A stretch of DNA of 24,790 nucleotides from IMG/VR virus record IMGVR_UViG_2711768033_000002; one strand, given 5' to 3'. Positions 1-10,142 of this stretch are shown here, in pieces. The notes under the pieces are model-generated. The model worked only from the letters and a program-made list of their open reading frames with translations, was not told the origin of the DNA and ran no database searches. The position numbers were made by a program, and so were the translations under genes. The number at the start of each line of letters is the position of its first letter. The stretch's first letter is position 1. The stretch is from a virus. Lineage: Duplodnaviria > Heunggongvirae > Uroviricota > Caudoviricetes.

Positions 1-20
1 TAATTACCTCTCGCTTTTCT

Positions 21-49
21 GCAATAAAAAAGGCGCCATTTCTGGCGCC
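21..49 (-). terminator. Rho-independent terminator downstream of J
   Basis: Plus 32-37 ggcgcc, loop atttct, 44-49 ggcgcc; on the minus strand the hairpin is followed by TTTTTTATTGC (complement of plus 21-31). Lies 20 nt past the J stop (69-71). Confidence 0.55.
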
Positions 50-68
50 CGTATATGGGTTATAAAAT

Positions 69-3000
69 TCAGCTGATACTGATGCCTGCGGTGGCTTTCT
101 TCATCACCACAACCAGCAAATCGCTGATACTTGCTGTGGGATACCAGTCATTTACCAGCCATGCTGACACCGAAAACTCCAGCGTCATGTGGCCGTGACC
201 AGCTGGCATATCAATAACACCACTGTAAATCAGCGTATTATCCAGCGCGGTACGGTTATAAATTTCAGCACCATTTTTCTTCACTATCAGGCGGCATGAG
301 GAGTAAATATCAGTATGCTCTCTCTCATGTTTAGCACCGCTGAATGCCACCGCCGGAATAACAATCTGCCGGTCAAACGGCTGATCGTCATAAATCCTGA
401 CGGTAATGGTCCCTGATGGCCACCGCTCCGGTGCCCGGGAGTCCCGCGGGAAAGCCTTACCCACTGTTTTGACAATATCGCCTTCAATCTGGTTGGCTGA
501 CAGTTTCCCTTTAATCTGACAGTTCTCATTTATCGTAACGTTGTTGAGCGTCCCGGCGTTCGCATTCACACTGCCACTGATATCTGCATTTTTAGCGGTC
601 AGCTTTCCGTCCGGTGTCATGGAAAATGCAGGAGGATTACCGCCGCTGGTAATGGTGGGAGCCGTCAGATATTTCAGGAACACTTCATTCATGAATATCT
701 GATCACCCTGACCAACAAACATCGGTTTTGTGTTGCCATTTGCAGGATTAATCATCGCAATCCTGTCTGCCGCCAGCAGCACCTGACTCTGCATGCCGTC
801 GGGGGTGTTCTCAATACCGGCACCGATACCCGCAATATAAAGGCGTCCGTCCTGCATCTGCTGCAGCTTCACAGCCCACATGCTGTTCAGATTATTATTT
901 GTATCAACCTGAACCTTCTGTATCTGCTGGATCGCTGCACTCTGGTCTTCCAGTTTCTTATTGACGGTCTGTGTGATTTCATTGCTGACATCCGTAATGG
1001 ACGTCCTGATTTCAGCCAGGTCAGGCGCAAGCTGACCGTTATCAATCTGCGTCCACAGCTCCTGAGCCAGATGGGTTTTCCCTATCTCGCCTTTGAAAAA
1101 ATCCAGATAGCCGGATGCGTCATCACTCGGCTGACCAACAGCCTCCACGAATGCCGATTTGCCAACGGTGTTCACACTGCGAACGTAAAAATAATAATTA
1201 TGGCCCGGCCTGATATTGATACTGGCGGCTATCCAGTACAGCGCCGTACCAAGATAGCGGGCTGTGGTTTCAACCTGCCTGATATCCGCAATCCGCTTTT
1301 CCGAGAACCAGAACTCAAACTGTACCGTCGGGTCATAAACGGCAAGATGCGGCGTGGCGGTTATCTGAAAATAGCCCGGCGTCAGCTCAAGCCGCGACGG
1401 CACTGCAGGTGCGGCAATCCGGAACGATACCGATGCCGGATCGCCCTGCTGCCCCCACGCATTTACCGCCCGGACTGTCAGCCTGTAGTTCCCTGGCGCC
1501 AGCTGCGTGAAGCGGTATGTGGTTTCCGTCGTCCGGGCCGTGCTGACCAGCCGCTCACTGCCGTCATCCGCTGCCACGGTCAGGCGAAGCAGGAAGCTCA
1601 CGCCCTTCACCACCTTCGGCGTGTCCCAGCGCGCCAGCACCTGATATTCCCCGCTGTCTGCGGTGACTTCGGCGGTCAGGTGCTGCACCGCTGGCGGCGT
1701 GACACCATTCACCGTGCCGCTCTGGTCGCCGTCAAAGTGCGCCCCGTTATCCACGATGGCTTCTTTTTCCGGTACATGCTGCACGGCAGTGATGGCATAC
1801 GTGCCGTCATCGTTCTCACGGATACTCACACAGCGGAACAGGCGCTGGCGCAGCGTCGGCAGCTTCAGCCCCCACACACTGTATTCTGCAACGCCGTCAG
1901 GAACCCGGTTCACTTTCACCTTAAGTCCGTCGGTGACGGACTGAACCTCCACGCTGACCGGATTACCACTTCCGTCAACCAGGCTTATCAGCGTGGTACC
2001 GGAGGATGGCAGCGTGATTTCACGGTCGAGCGTCAGCGTCCGGGTCTGGCTGTTCACCGCCAGCACGCGACCACCGGTGCTGATACCGGCATAGTCATCA
2101 TCGCAGATTTCAATGACATCCCCCGGTACATGGCGAAGCCCTTCCGCACCCACGCTGAAGTCCACGGTCTGCGTCTCCAGCAGTTCCGTTTTAATCAGCC
2201 ACAGCCCGGCGCGGTGTGCCTGCCCCCGGCTGGTACAGCCAAAGGCATCCATCTTCGTGACATTACGACCGTAACGGGCAATGGCCTGCGTATCTTCAAC
2301 AAGCTCTGTCGCCGTCTCCCAGCCGTTGTCCGGGTCAATCCAGTTCACCTCAACGGCATTATGGCGGTCCTTCAGGGCGCTGAAGCTGTAGCGGAACGGC
2401 GCGCCATCATCCGGCATCACCACATTACTGCGGTTATAGGTCCACACCTTATCCGACGGTCGGTCCTGCACGAACGTCAGCGTCTGCCCGTTCCATACCG
2501 GCATACAGCGCATCGCCGAGCAGAAATCACTGAGCACATCCCACGCCTTGCGCTGTGTGGTCAGGTACGCATTACAGGTGATGCGCGGCTCCGTGCCGCC
2601 AAAGCCGTCCGGCACTGACTGGTCGCAGTACTGGCCGATGACATACAGCGCCCATTTGTCCACATCCGCCGCACCAAGACGTTTCCCCATGCCGTAGCGT
2701 GGATGGGTCAGCATATCCCACAGACACCAGGCCATGTTATTGCTGTATGCTGGCTTAAACGTTCCGTCCCAGATACCGCTGTATTGCCGAGTCTGCGGGT
2801 TATAGTTCGACGGCACCTGCAGAATACGCCCGCGCAGATGATAATTACGGCTCACCTGCTGGCTGCCGAACTGCTCCGAATCCACCTGTACGCCGACCAG
2901 TGCCGTGTTCGGGTAGCACTGTTTCACATCGATGATTTCGGTGTATGACGACCAGAGCGTTTTGTTCTGCAGCTGGTCTGTGGTGCTGTCCGGCGTCATC

Positions 3001-3548
3001 CTGCGCATCCGGATATTGAACGGGCGCGGCGGCAGGTTACCCACCACCACCGATGCCAGATACTGCGAGGTGGTTTTGCCTTTAATGGTGATGTCTTTTT
3101 CCGTCACCCAGCCACCATTACGCTGTATCTGAACCAGCAGGCGGACTTCCGACGGATTCCGGTCCCCCTTTGAGGTGGTTTCCACCAGTGCCTGCACACC
3201 GAAGGTAAAGCGCAGACGGTCGATGTTTGCCGACGTGATGGTCCTGGTAATCGGCGTGTCGTACTTCACTTCCGTACCCAGCACCGTCTCGGAGCCGGAG
3301 GATTCAAATCCCTCCGGCGGTGTCTGCTCCTGCTCACCGGCCCGGAACACCACCGTGACGCCGGATATATTGGTATTCCCCTCACTGTCCAGCACCGGCG
3401 TACTGTTCAGCAGCACGCTTTTTAATCCGTCCACCGGACCTTCAACCGGCCCTTCGCTGATGGCATCGATCACACTCAGCAGCTGCGTGGACTTCAGGTT
3501 GTCCTTCGCTTCGCGCGGGGTATGCCCCTTACTGCTGCCTTTACCCAT
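69..3548 (-). CDS. J: Host specificity / central tail fiber protein J (lambda gpJ family)
   Basis: 1159 aa ORF; N-terminus [24 protein letters not shown] matches lambda J as I recall it; ATG at 3546-3548, TGA at 69-71; last gene of the tail operon after I. Confidence 0.93.
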   Translation of the reverse strand: MGKGSSKGHTPREAKDNLKSTQLLSVIDAISEGPVEGPVDGLKSVLLNSTPVLDSEGNTNISGVTVVFRAGEQEQTPPEGFESSGSETVLGTEVKYDTPITRTITSANIDRLRFTFGVQALVETTSKGDRNPSEVRLLVQIQRNGGWVTEKDITIKGKTTSQYLASVVVGNLPPRPFNIRMRRMTPDSTTDQLQNKTLWSSYTEIIDVKQCYPNTALVGVQVDSEQFGSQQVSRNYHLRGRILQVPSNYNPQTRQYSGIWDGTFKPAYSNNMAWCLWDMLTHPRYGMGKRLGAADVDKWALYVIGQYCDQSVPDGFGGTEPRITCNAYLTTQRKAWDVLSDFCSAMRCMPVWNGQTLTFVQDRPSDKVWTYNRSNVVMPDDGAPFRYSFSALKDRHNAVEVNWIDPDNGWETATELVEDTQAIARYGRNVTKMDAFGCTSRGQAHRAGLWLIKTELLETQTVDFSVGAEGLRHVPGDVIEICDDDYAGISTGGRVLAVNSQTRTLTLDREITLPSSGTTLISLVDGSGNPVSVEVQSVTDGLKVKVNRVPDGVAEYSVWGLKLPTLRQRLFRCVSIRENDDGTYAITAVQHVPEKEAIVDNGAHFDGDQSGTVNGVTPPAVQHLTAEVTADSGEYQVLARWDTPKVVKGVSFLLRLTVAADDGSERLVSTARTTETTYRFTQLAPGNYRLTVRAVNAWGQQGDPASVSFRIAAPAVPSRLELTPGYFQITATPHLAVYDPTVQFEFWFSEKRIADIRQVETTARYLGTALYWIAASINIRPGHNYYFYVRSVNTVGKSAFVEAVGQPSDDASGYLDFFKGEIGKTHLAQELWTQIDNGQLAPDLAEIRTSITDVSNEITQTVNKKLEDQSAAIQQIQKVQVDTNNNLNSMWAVKLQQMQDGRLYIAGIGAGIENTPDGMQSQVLLAADRIAMINPANGNTKPMFVGQGDQIFMNEVFLKYLTAPTITSGGNPPAFSMTPDGKLTAKNADISGSVNANAGTLNNVTINENCQIKGKLSANQIEGDIVKTVGKAFPRDSRAPERWPSGTITVRIYDDQPFDRQIVIPAVAFSGAKHEREHTDIYSSCRLIVKKNGAEIYNRTALDNTLIYSGVIDMPAGHGHMTLEFSVSAWLVNDWYPTASISDLLVVVMKKATAGISIS

Positions 3549-3570
3549 TCGTCATGCTCCATAAACGATA

Positions 3571-3590
3571 AAACCGCCCGGAGGCGGTTT
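3571..3590 (-). other. Stem-loop in the I-J intergenic gap
   Basis: aaaccgcc / cgga / ggcggttt perfect 8-bp stem; on the minus strand it is followed by TATCGTTTATGGAG and then the J ATG. Possible attenuator or processing site; function is inferred. Confidence 0.3.
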
Positions 3591-3608
3591 CACATAAAAC
3601 ATTTTGCA

Positions 3609-4250
3609 TCAGCGACCAATCACCACAACCTGACCACCATCCCCTTCGTCTGCCGTGCTGATCTCCTGAGAAACCACGCGTGACCCCACGCGCATTTCAC
3701 CGTACAGAACCGGCAGAACATTGCCCTGGGCAACCATGTTATCCAGTGAAGAAAAATAGGTATTCTGTTTGCCGTTATCCGTTGTCTGTGTGCGGGGGGT
3801 TTTGGGTTTAGGGGCCAGCATCTGTGCAACACCGCCAAGCGTCATACTGGCACCGAGAGAAAACAGCAGATTACTCGCCATAATTCCTACCCCCGGCATC
3901 CATATAGCAACCGCCATAACAGCCGCCCCCAGCACAGCCTGAAACACACCGCCACTTTTGGCTCCTGCCAGACGCGGCACGATATGGATCACGGCACCAT
4001 TTTCCAGCGGCTCATTAAGACGGGCAGACAATTCGGTTTCACCTGCATCACGCCCGGCAATGCGTACCTGGTACCAGCCGTCGCTCAGTTTCTGACGAAA
4101 TGCCGGGATCTGCATGGCCAGCGCCCGGATGGCTTCGGACCCCGTTTTCACTCGAAGGTCGATGCGGCGGCCAAATCGTTGTAAATCCCCGTAAAGGCAG
4201 ATGCGTGCCATGCCCGGTGACGCCAGAGGGAGTGTGTGCGTCGCTGCCAT
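3609..4250 (-). CDS. I: Tail assembly protein I (lambda gpI family)
   Basis: 213 aa; MAATHTLPLASPGMARICLYGDLQRFGRRIDLRVKTGSEAIRALA resembles lambda I; hydrophobic Gly/Ala-rich middle; overlaps K by about 100 nt as in lambda. Confidence 0.88.
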   Translation of the reverse strand: MAATHTLPLASPGMARICLYGDLQRFGRRIDLRVKTGSEAIRALAMQIPAFRQKLSDGWYQVRIAGRDAGETELSARLNEPLENGAVIHIVPRLAGAKSGGVFQAVLGAAVMAVAIWMPGVGIMASNLLFSLGASMTLGGVAQMLAPKPKTPRTQTTDNGKQNTYFSSLDNMVAQGNVLPVLYGEMRVGSRVVSQEISTADEGDGGQVVVIGR

Positions 4251-4891
4251 TTGTCGGTGTACCTCTCTCGTTTGCTCAGTTGTTCAGGAATATGGTGCAG
4301 CAGCTCGCTGTCACCACAGTAAATGGCGGCATGATTCGGCACCGATGAACCAAAACAGCACAGCAGCACATCGCCCGGCTGCGCCGCTGACAACGGCACC
4401 TGATACAGCCCTGTGGCCTCCAGATTATCCAGATAGAGATTCTGACCGTTACGCCACCAGTCATCCCCGCGATGAAAATCCGGCATCTCAATTCCCGCCA
4501 GATGGTAAGCGTCCCGGAACAGCGTGTAACAGTCCGTTACCCCGTGCTCAAAGCGCCGCCCGGTGAGATGCGGCACACAGCGGAATTTATGAATCGCCCC
4601 CCGGCAGACCAGCCACCACGGCAAATCACTCTGTACCTGCAGCCGCCGGTCGGCCTCACTCAGCCAGGGCAGACCACCGGGGTGGCTGTGGACCAGCGCC
4701 ACAATCTCTCTCTGCATTTCTGCACTCAGCCAGTCCTCCGGCGACATCCGGAAATACTCCTCCGGCTCACCGGAGATATTCACGCAGGGAAAATATCTTT
4801 CCTCCTCCGGCGTTCTCACCACGAAGCCGCACGACTCCGCTGGCGCACATCGCCGGGCGTGCGCCAGAATCGCTGATTCTGTCTCTGTCAT
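4148..4891 (-). CDS. K: Tail assembly protein K (JAMM/MPN plus NlpC/P60 domains)
   Basis: 247 aa; HSHPGGLPWLSEADR is a JAMM-type motif; C-terminal Cys (GVTDCYTLFRDAYH) and His (VPNHAAIY) fit NlpC/P60; start is 5 nt after the L stop. Confidence 0.88.
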   Translation of the reverse strand: MTETESAILAHARRCAPAESCGFVVRTPEEERYFPCVNISGEPEEYFRMSPEDWLSAEMQREIVALVHSHPGGLPWLSEADRRLQVQSDLPWWLVCRGAIHKFRCVPHLTGRRFEHGVTDCYTLFRDAYHLAGIEMPDFHRGDDWWRNGQNLYLDNLEATGLYQVPLSAAQPGDVLLCCFGSSVPNHAAIYCGDSELLHHIPEQLSKRERYTDKWQRRTHSLWRHRAWHASAFTGIYNDLAAASTFE

Positions 4892-4896
4892 GGGAT

Positions 4897-5595
4897 TTAC
4901 TGCGAAAGTTTGTTAATGGAAAGGAAGCTGCCAAAGTTGCCGACATTATTGCGAAACTTACAGCCACTCAGGCATTTGCTGCATTTATCCTTCGTGATAT
5001 CGGACGTCGGCTGGTCATATTCATCCGCGACCGCCGGACCGCTATAACCGCACTCATCGCCGCGATAGGTCCAGGTGCAGGTGTTGGCCAGCATGATACG
5101 TCCCGGAAAAACAGCGCCATCCGTTTCAGTCGGCGTGGACAGTACAAAAGAGGCACTGACCGCGCTCAGTTCGCTGCACTGCTCGATGCGCCAGCGGCTG
5201 ATCACCTCCTGCTCCGGATCGGCTTCGCTGTTTCCGTTGACGAAGTTCACCGCATCCAGAAAGCGGGCGTAAACCTTACGCCGGACCACCGTTCCGCCGA
5301 CCAGACTCTGCAGATCTTCCGCCATCCCGGTGATCATGCCGTGCAGGTTAGAGACCGTCAGTGTCGGACGGGCAGCACTGCCCTTGCCGTTCATCTCAAA
5401 TCCACTCCCCTGAATGGGATAGGCCTGATACTGCCGACTCTGCCAGGTGACAGACTCACCTTTTTCGTTCTGCTCATTACAGAAAAAGTAGCGATCCCCG
5501 CCTACCTCGGTCAGGTCGATTTCCCAGAGCACCACGCTGGCCGACTGCTCCGCACGAATGCATTCATTCAGCGTTTCCTGTTGTATGTCCTGCAT
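4897..5595 (-). CDS. L: Minor tail protein L (lambda gpL family)
   Basis: 232 aa; [31 protein letters not shown] resembles lambda L; C-terminal Cys cluster; start overlaps the M stop (TGATG). Confidence 0.9.
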   Translation of the reverse strand: MQDIQQETLNECIRAEQSASVVLWEIDLTEVGGDRYFFCNEQNEKGESVTWQSRQYQAYPIQGSGFEMNGKGSAARPTLTVSNLHGMITGMAEDLQSLVGGTVVRRKVYARFLDAVNFVNGNSEADPEQEVISRWRIEQCSELSAVSASFVLSTPTETDGAVFPGRIMLANTCTWTYRGDECGYSGPAVADEYDQPTSDITKDKCSKCLSGCKFRNNVGNFGSFLSINKLSQ

Positions 5596-5933
5596 CAGAT
5601 CACCACTTCGTCAAACTGACACGAAAAATCGGTATAGGTGATATGTTCTGTCGCTGACCACGTTCGACACACCACTCTGATTTTTCTGTTAATACCCGGC
5701 GGGCGCCAAAAAAAAGATTTATAGCCTTCATGCCGGGCTAAAAATTTTTCAAATGAATCACGTTCATTCGCCTCAACTTTGAAATCACAGGTGAAAACGC
5801 GCAGAGAATGATTAAGTCCATTTGGACTTCGTTGCTCATAACCATCGCCAAATCTTACAGTTTTTATCGATGGTTTATTTTCTGTTTTCATTCCATCCTC
5901 TGGTAACCAGTGAAATTCTTCCGTATTAGCCAC
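5595..5933 (-). CDS. M: Minor tail protein M homolog (diverged from lambda gpM)
   Basis: 112 aa; [10 protein letters not shown] and C-terminal FDEVVI resemble lambda M (VRFGDGYSQR...FEQVVN); GTG start at 5931-5933 overlapping the tape-measure stop; an alternative ATG start is at 5889-5891. Confidence 0.78.
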
Positions 5934-8900
5934 TTAACATTCCCCCATCACGTCGCATATTTAACAGATTGCCCTGCACCCGCTGATCAACCATCCCCAT
6001 AAGTGCTTTTATTGCCTGAGGGCCAATCTCTCCATTCTGGCCGTCATTTTGAATAGTGATTTGGTATACAGGGGCATAGGTAATATCTCCGCCTCCATTA
6101 CCACTTTTACTATTAATAGCTCTGACACCAAGAGAACCATCGGAAGTTCGTGTTAATGGCATAATGGCTTCCGGTCCAGCCTCACCAAAAACACCAGCCC
6201 CTTTTGCAAAAGCAAAAAATTGCGGGGAATCATAAATACCGTTCGAATACGTGCTCAATGACGGAGACTCATAAACACCGCCCTTTGCATTCGGAATAAA
6301 TTTACTAATAGCACTCCCGATAGTTCCTAAAATCCCCCCAGAAGAACTGTTACTAATGCTGTCGAAAATCCCAGTAATTGAAGCCTTTAATGCTATTCGA
6401 CTAAGATCCGAAATCACGGAAGTAGCGAAAGAACGAAAATTTGCCTTGCCTGTCGTGACAAAATCACCCAGCGCATCGGTCATCCCATCAAACATCTGAG
6501 TCGTGGTTGATTTTATCTGCTCACTGATATCCTTAGTGTCATCCAGCCAGTTATTGAATCCCTGGGAGGCACCACTAACCCAGTCTCCTGCCTGAATATC
6601 GAGCTGCTCGTTTTTCTGTCTGACAATTTCTTTTTCCCGTTCCAGAGCATCATTCAGAGCCTGCATTTTCTCTTGAAAAACATGATCTGACATTCCACGG
6701 GATTTATCTGCATAGTCACGTTCAAGTTGCAGACGCTGATTGTTATATCCATGTTCAATCCGCAGTAATTCCTGCTGGCGTTGCTGATTTTTATCGCCAA
6801 CCCCATAACCAGCAATCTGAATATCATACCCCTGCTGACGATTATCAATCGAAGCCTGCAATGAATCACGCCATGCTGTTATTTCGGCGGATTCCTTGAT
6901 TAGCCTGTTATTTTTTTCAATCGCAACATTTTTCTCCATCAACGTGGTTATTTCTTCCCGGTGTAAGAGAAGCGATTTCTGATCCTGGGTTAATTTCGAT
7001 GATGGTCGTGACTCTAGGTCGGCAATCCGCTGACGCCACTTAACCAGTTCCTGTTCAGAGGAACTTAATTTAACGGTCAACTCAGCTTGTGAACTTAGTA
7101 ACGCATTCTGTTGATTCAGATGATCAATCATTCGTTGGGCTGCATCATCAGAATAATCTTTCGCCTTTGGTTGCTTTGGATCTTTATAACGCTCATTTAT
7201 TTGAGCGATAAGATTATTATATTCTTCCTTTGAATACTGATTCTTTAGCTTTTCCAGTTTTGCAAGTTCACTAGCTCTCTGCTGCTCCCGGGTCTGATAT
7301 TGTTTTGAAAAGGCATCTGCTCTCTGTCTGAGTTCAATTCCTTCCTGTTGTCGCTTGTTGTAATCGTTTATTGATGAATTTAGTACGTCCTGAGCAATTT
7401 TTTCTGCTTGAAGTACGCCCAATTGCTGCTTTAATCGTGCCAGCCTTTTATTTTGAGCTCCGCCATCTCCAATGCCACCTAACCCGAAAACTCCGGATCG
7501 GGTATTTTTTTCTATTTCATCAATTTGACGGAGAACATCTGAGATTTTTTGATCAAGGGAGGCCTCACGGCCAATATCCAGCATGGAATCCCATGCCCAT
7601 TTTGCGGAGTCTGCGACAGCTTTCCATGCAGTCTCAAGATAACCAAGATTTTCTTTAATCTGGTTGGTGCGCTGGATCATTGAGGATGAGTATTCTTCTG
7701 TCGCAATGCGGGCGGCCTCCTGCTGGTTCCCTTCATCCTGTAGCGCCTTAATCTGGTTATAAGTCGCAAGTGTCAGAAAATGGTACTGATCATTAAGTTT
7801 TGATATGGCACTGACAGGATCCTTTGCAATTTCATTGAAGTCATTAACCAGTTGTTCGGTTGATATTCCTGTTACTTCGCTCGTTTTTACTATCGCTGTC
7901 GTCACTTGCTCCAGCGAACTGCTCGCTACCTTTCCCGAACGCACAAGCTGATTTAATACTGCCGCCGCAGCACCAGTTGTCGAATCAGCCGCATTCCCGG
8001 CACGTTGAGCTAAATCGCCCAATTGCCCGCTGGTTGTCCCCAACTGATTTCCGGTAAGAATAAGAGATTTATTAAATTCGTCCTGCTCCTGAGAGCCTTT
8101 ATAGTAAGCCAGTCCTAAGACCCCAACGGCTGCTGCGGCCAGGGTAAAAGGATTAATTAATCCCAGCACATAAGAACCTACCCCTTTGATCGCCGGGCCA
8201 ATCCCACCGAACATATCTTTTAGCTGGCCGCCCTGCTGCATTAACACCATAAATGGCGACTGACCAGTGGACAACCCAACAACAATATCCGTCATTTGTG
8301 CAGGCAACATGCGCATAGCAAAAGCCGTTTGTTTTGCCGACATTCCGGTTTTGCTTAATTGTGATTGAGTAACCTCAAGCTCACTCCGCATAGCACGAAG
8401 TTTTCCAGAAAGCTCCTCATACATTTCAGGAGAAAGCATCCCCTTAGCTTTTGCTTCATTGAGCTGTTTCTGTTGTTCTACCAGACGATTAAAAGCAGTT
8501 CCGACAGGATCAAGTTGAGCAATCAGACGTTGCAAAGCAACAACCTGTTCATCATGCGCTTTTGCTGCTTCTCGCTCTGCCTGAGCCTCTCCGGTAAGCT
8601 CTCGCCGTGTTTCCTGTATTTTTCGGCTATAATTCTCAAACTGAGAACCATTTATTTTCCCGGATGCAAACGCAGCATTAAGTTCATCATGCTGTTGTTC
8701 AAGATTTCTTAGCGCCGCAGCCAGAGGGTCGATCTTGTCCAGCATTCTTTGAAAGGCCTGAGCCTGCGCTTCCTGCTGGGCGGCAGCAAGTTTTCCGGCC
8801 TTCTCGGCTTCTCTCTGCGCTTGCGCAACCCCGCTCAATTCCTCTGTGGTTTCATTAAGTTTACGGACAAGAAATTCATATTCTTCTTTATCAATAAGCC

Positions 8901-9159
8901 CTTTATCGAAAAATTTCTTTAATTCAGAATAGCGTCGACCGACAGTATCAATTGCGGCACCAACTGGATCAATAGCTGCTTTTAATTTTGCGAGCGCGTT
9001 CTTCTCATCTTCTGTTGCCTTAGTCACTTTCCCTGCGCTATTTGCAGCAGTTTCCCCAGCCTGCGTCATTTTGACTAATGAGGAGGTCAGATTGTCAGCA
9101 TTATTTTTCGCTCCAGTGCTATCAATAATTATTGCGAGACGCGAGGTTTGCTCTGCCAT
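5926..9159 (-). CDS. Tail tape measure protein
   Basis: 1077 aa; coiled-coil-rich N-terminal half, hydrophobic Gly-rich segment ([18 protein letters not shown]), position between G/GT and M; ATG 9157-9159 preceded by AGGAG; TAA 5926-5928. Confidence 0.9.
8365..8980 (-). repeat. Three diverged tandem repeats of about 65 aa inside the tape measure N-terminal region
   Basis: Translation shows [20 protein letters not shown]...EELSG / [20 protein letters not shown]...RELTG / [20 protein letters not shown]...SELE; DNA coordinates are approximate. Confidence 0.5.
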
Positions 9160-9171
9160 TTATTAAAACTC

Positions 9172-9204
9172 CTGACAACAAAAAACCCACCGCGAAGTGG
9201 GTTT
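9172..9204 (-). terminator. Terminator-like hairpin just upstream of the tape measure gene
   Basis: Plus 9183-9190 aaacccac / loop cgcgaa / 9197-9204 gtgggttt; on the minus strand followed by TTTTTTGTTGT, then AGGAG and the tape-measure ATG. Confidence 0.45.
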
Positions 9205-9324
9205 CAGGCGACATAATAGTAGATATAGCGATTACGAGGCCACGCAATGCTTTTCTCCAGGAGCATCATCGATTTAATTAAAGACACCATCACATCTCTG
9301 TAACAGAGTGTACGTAATTAACAA

Positions 9325-10094
9325 CTACACACACTGCTCCTGAAAATACTGGTCATCCAGTGCAAAGATCACTGCTTCAAATTCATCGCGCTCAATCAAT
9401 ACCGGATGAGTGGCTAAATATTCATTTATCTCTGTCAGAGATAAAGGCAAAGGCACCCCAGCCATTCCAGCATAACGTCGGGCACGGGATATTACCGAAT
9501 AGGCGTACAACAACTCCTTAAGCACCGGGTCTATTTCTGGTTCCGGTATCGGTGGCAACCTGAGTTTTTCTCGCTTCCATCTTGCCTTTTCCCCCCTTTC
9601 TCCCCCGAACTCCGATAACCACCGCTGGGCAGCTATGGCTTTTTTATCGTATCCTGCTTCTGCTGCTCTTTACCCTGGGCGATGCTGGCTGCTTCTGCAA
9701 GGATCTGCCAGTACAACTCTGGATTCTGCTTAAGCAGCGCGATCCCTCGTTCTGCCGTATATTCCAGTGCAACCTCAACACCATTAACCAGTTCACCAAC
9801 CCCTTTCCAGTCTTTCAGCAGATAACGAGCGGCATTATCAATGAGTAAATCATCAACAGAATCCACCTCGGAAACCTTTGAAATATCAAACTCCTTCGTT
9901 CCGACGTGCAAACTGGCATCCATTTTCTCAATGTGGCGACGGATTAATGCATTACGGGAGCGATACTGATCGTTATCGCTGCTTGCCACCAACAGTTTTA
10001 ACCCGTCTACAGGTTTTAAGTCCTTCATTGGCGTAAACCAGCGTTCTCCACCAATGATAATTTTCTGATTAAGAATAAACATCCATAACCTCAT
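9325..10094 (-). CDS. Tail assembly chaperone GT-like fusion made by -1 programmed ribosomal frameshift
   Basis: The -1 frame is open from the slippery site (AIAAQRWLSEFGGERGEKARWKREKLRLPPIPEP...) to TAG at 9325-9327; the downstream ORF has no ATG of its own (track start is TTG). Confidence 0.8.
9633..10094 (-). CDS. Tail assembly chaperone (gpG-like), unshifted product
   Basis: 153 aa ORF between the major tail and tape measure genes; ends ...DTIKKP with TAG at 9633-9635. Confidence 0.85.
   Translation of the reverse strand: MRLWMFILNQKIIIGGERWFTPMKDLKPVDGLKLLVASSDNDQYRSRNALIRRHIEKMDASLHVGTKEFDISKVSEVDSVDDLLIDNAARYLLKDWKGVGELVNGVEVALEYTAERGIALLKQNPELYWQILAEAASIAQGKEQQKQDTIKKP
9639..9645 (-). 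promoter_or_regulatory. Slippery heptamer A AAA AAG for the G/GT -1 frameshift
   Basis: Minus-strand ACG ATA AAA AAG CCA TAG; the heptamer sits 2 codons before the gpG-like stop. Confidence 0.8.
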
Positions 10095-10142
10095 TCAATG
10101 CGTCCCCCTGTAGGGCAGTACCACAGGAGGAATAACGGAAAA

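Noticed and set aside
1-68. Looked for lom or side-tail-fiber (stf/tfa) genes downstream of J, as in lambda.
   Set aside because: Only 68 bp follow the J stop in this window and they contain a terminator hairpin. No coding sequence can be assessed here.
1071-2618. 515-aa plus-strand ORF (and other plus-strand ORFs in the track, e.g. 1663-1944, 2703-3132, 3175-3564).
   Set aside because: It lies entirely antisense to the well-supported J gene in GC-rich DNA, where long antisense ORFs arise by chance. The translation is Arg/His/Cys-rich low-complexity sequence with no recognisable domain.
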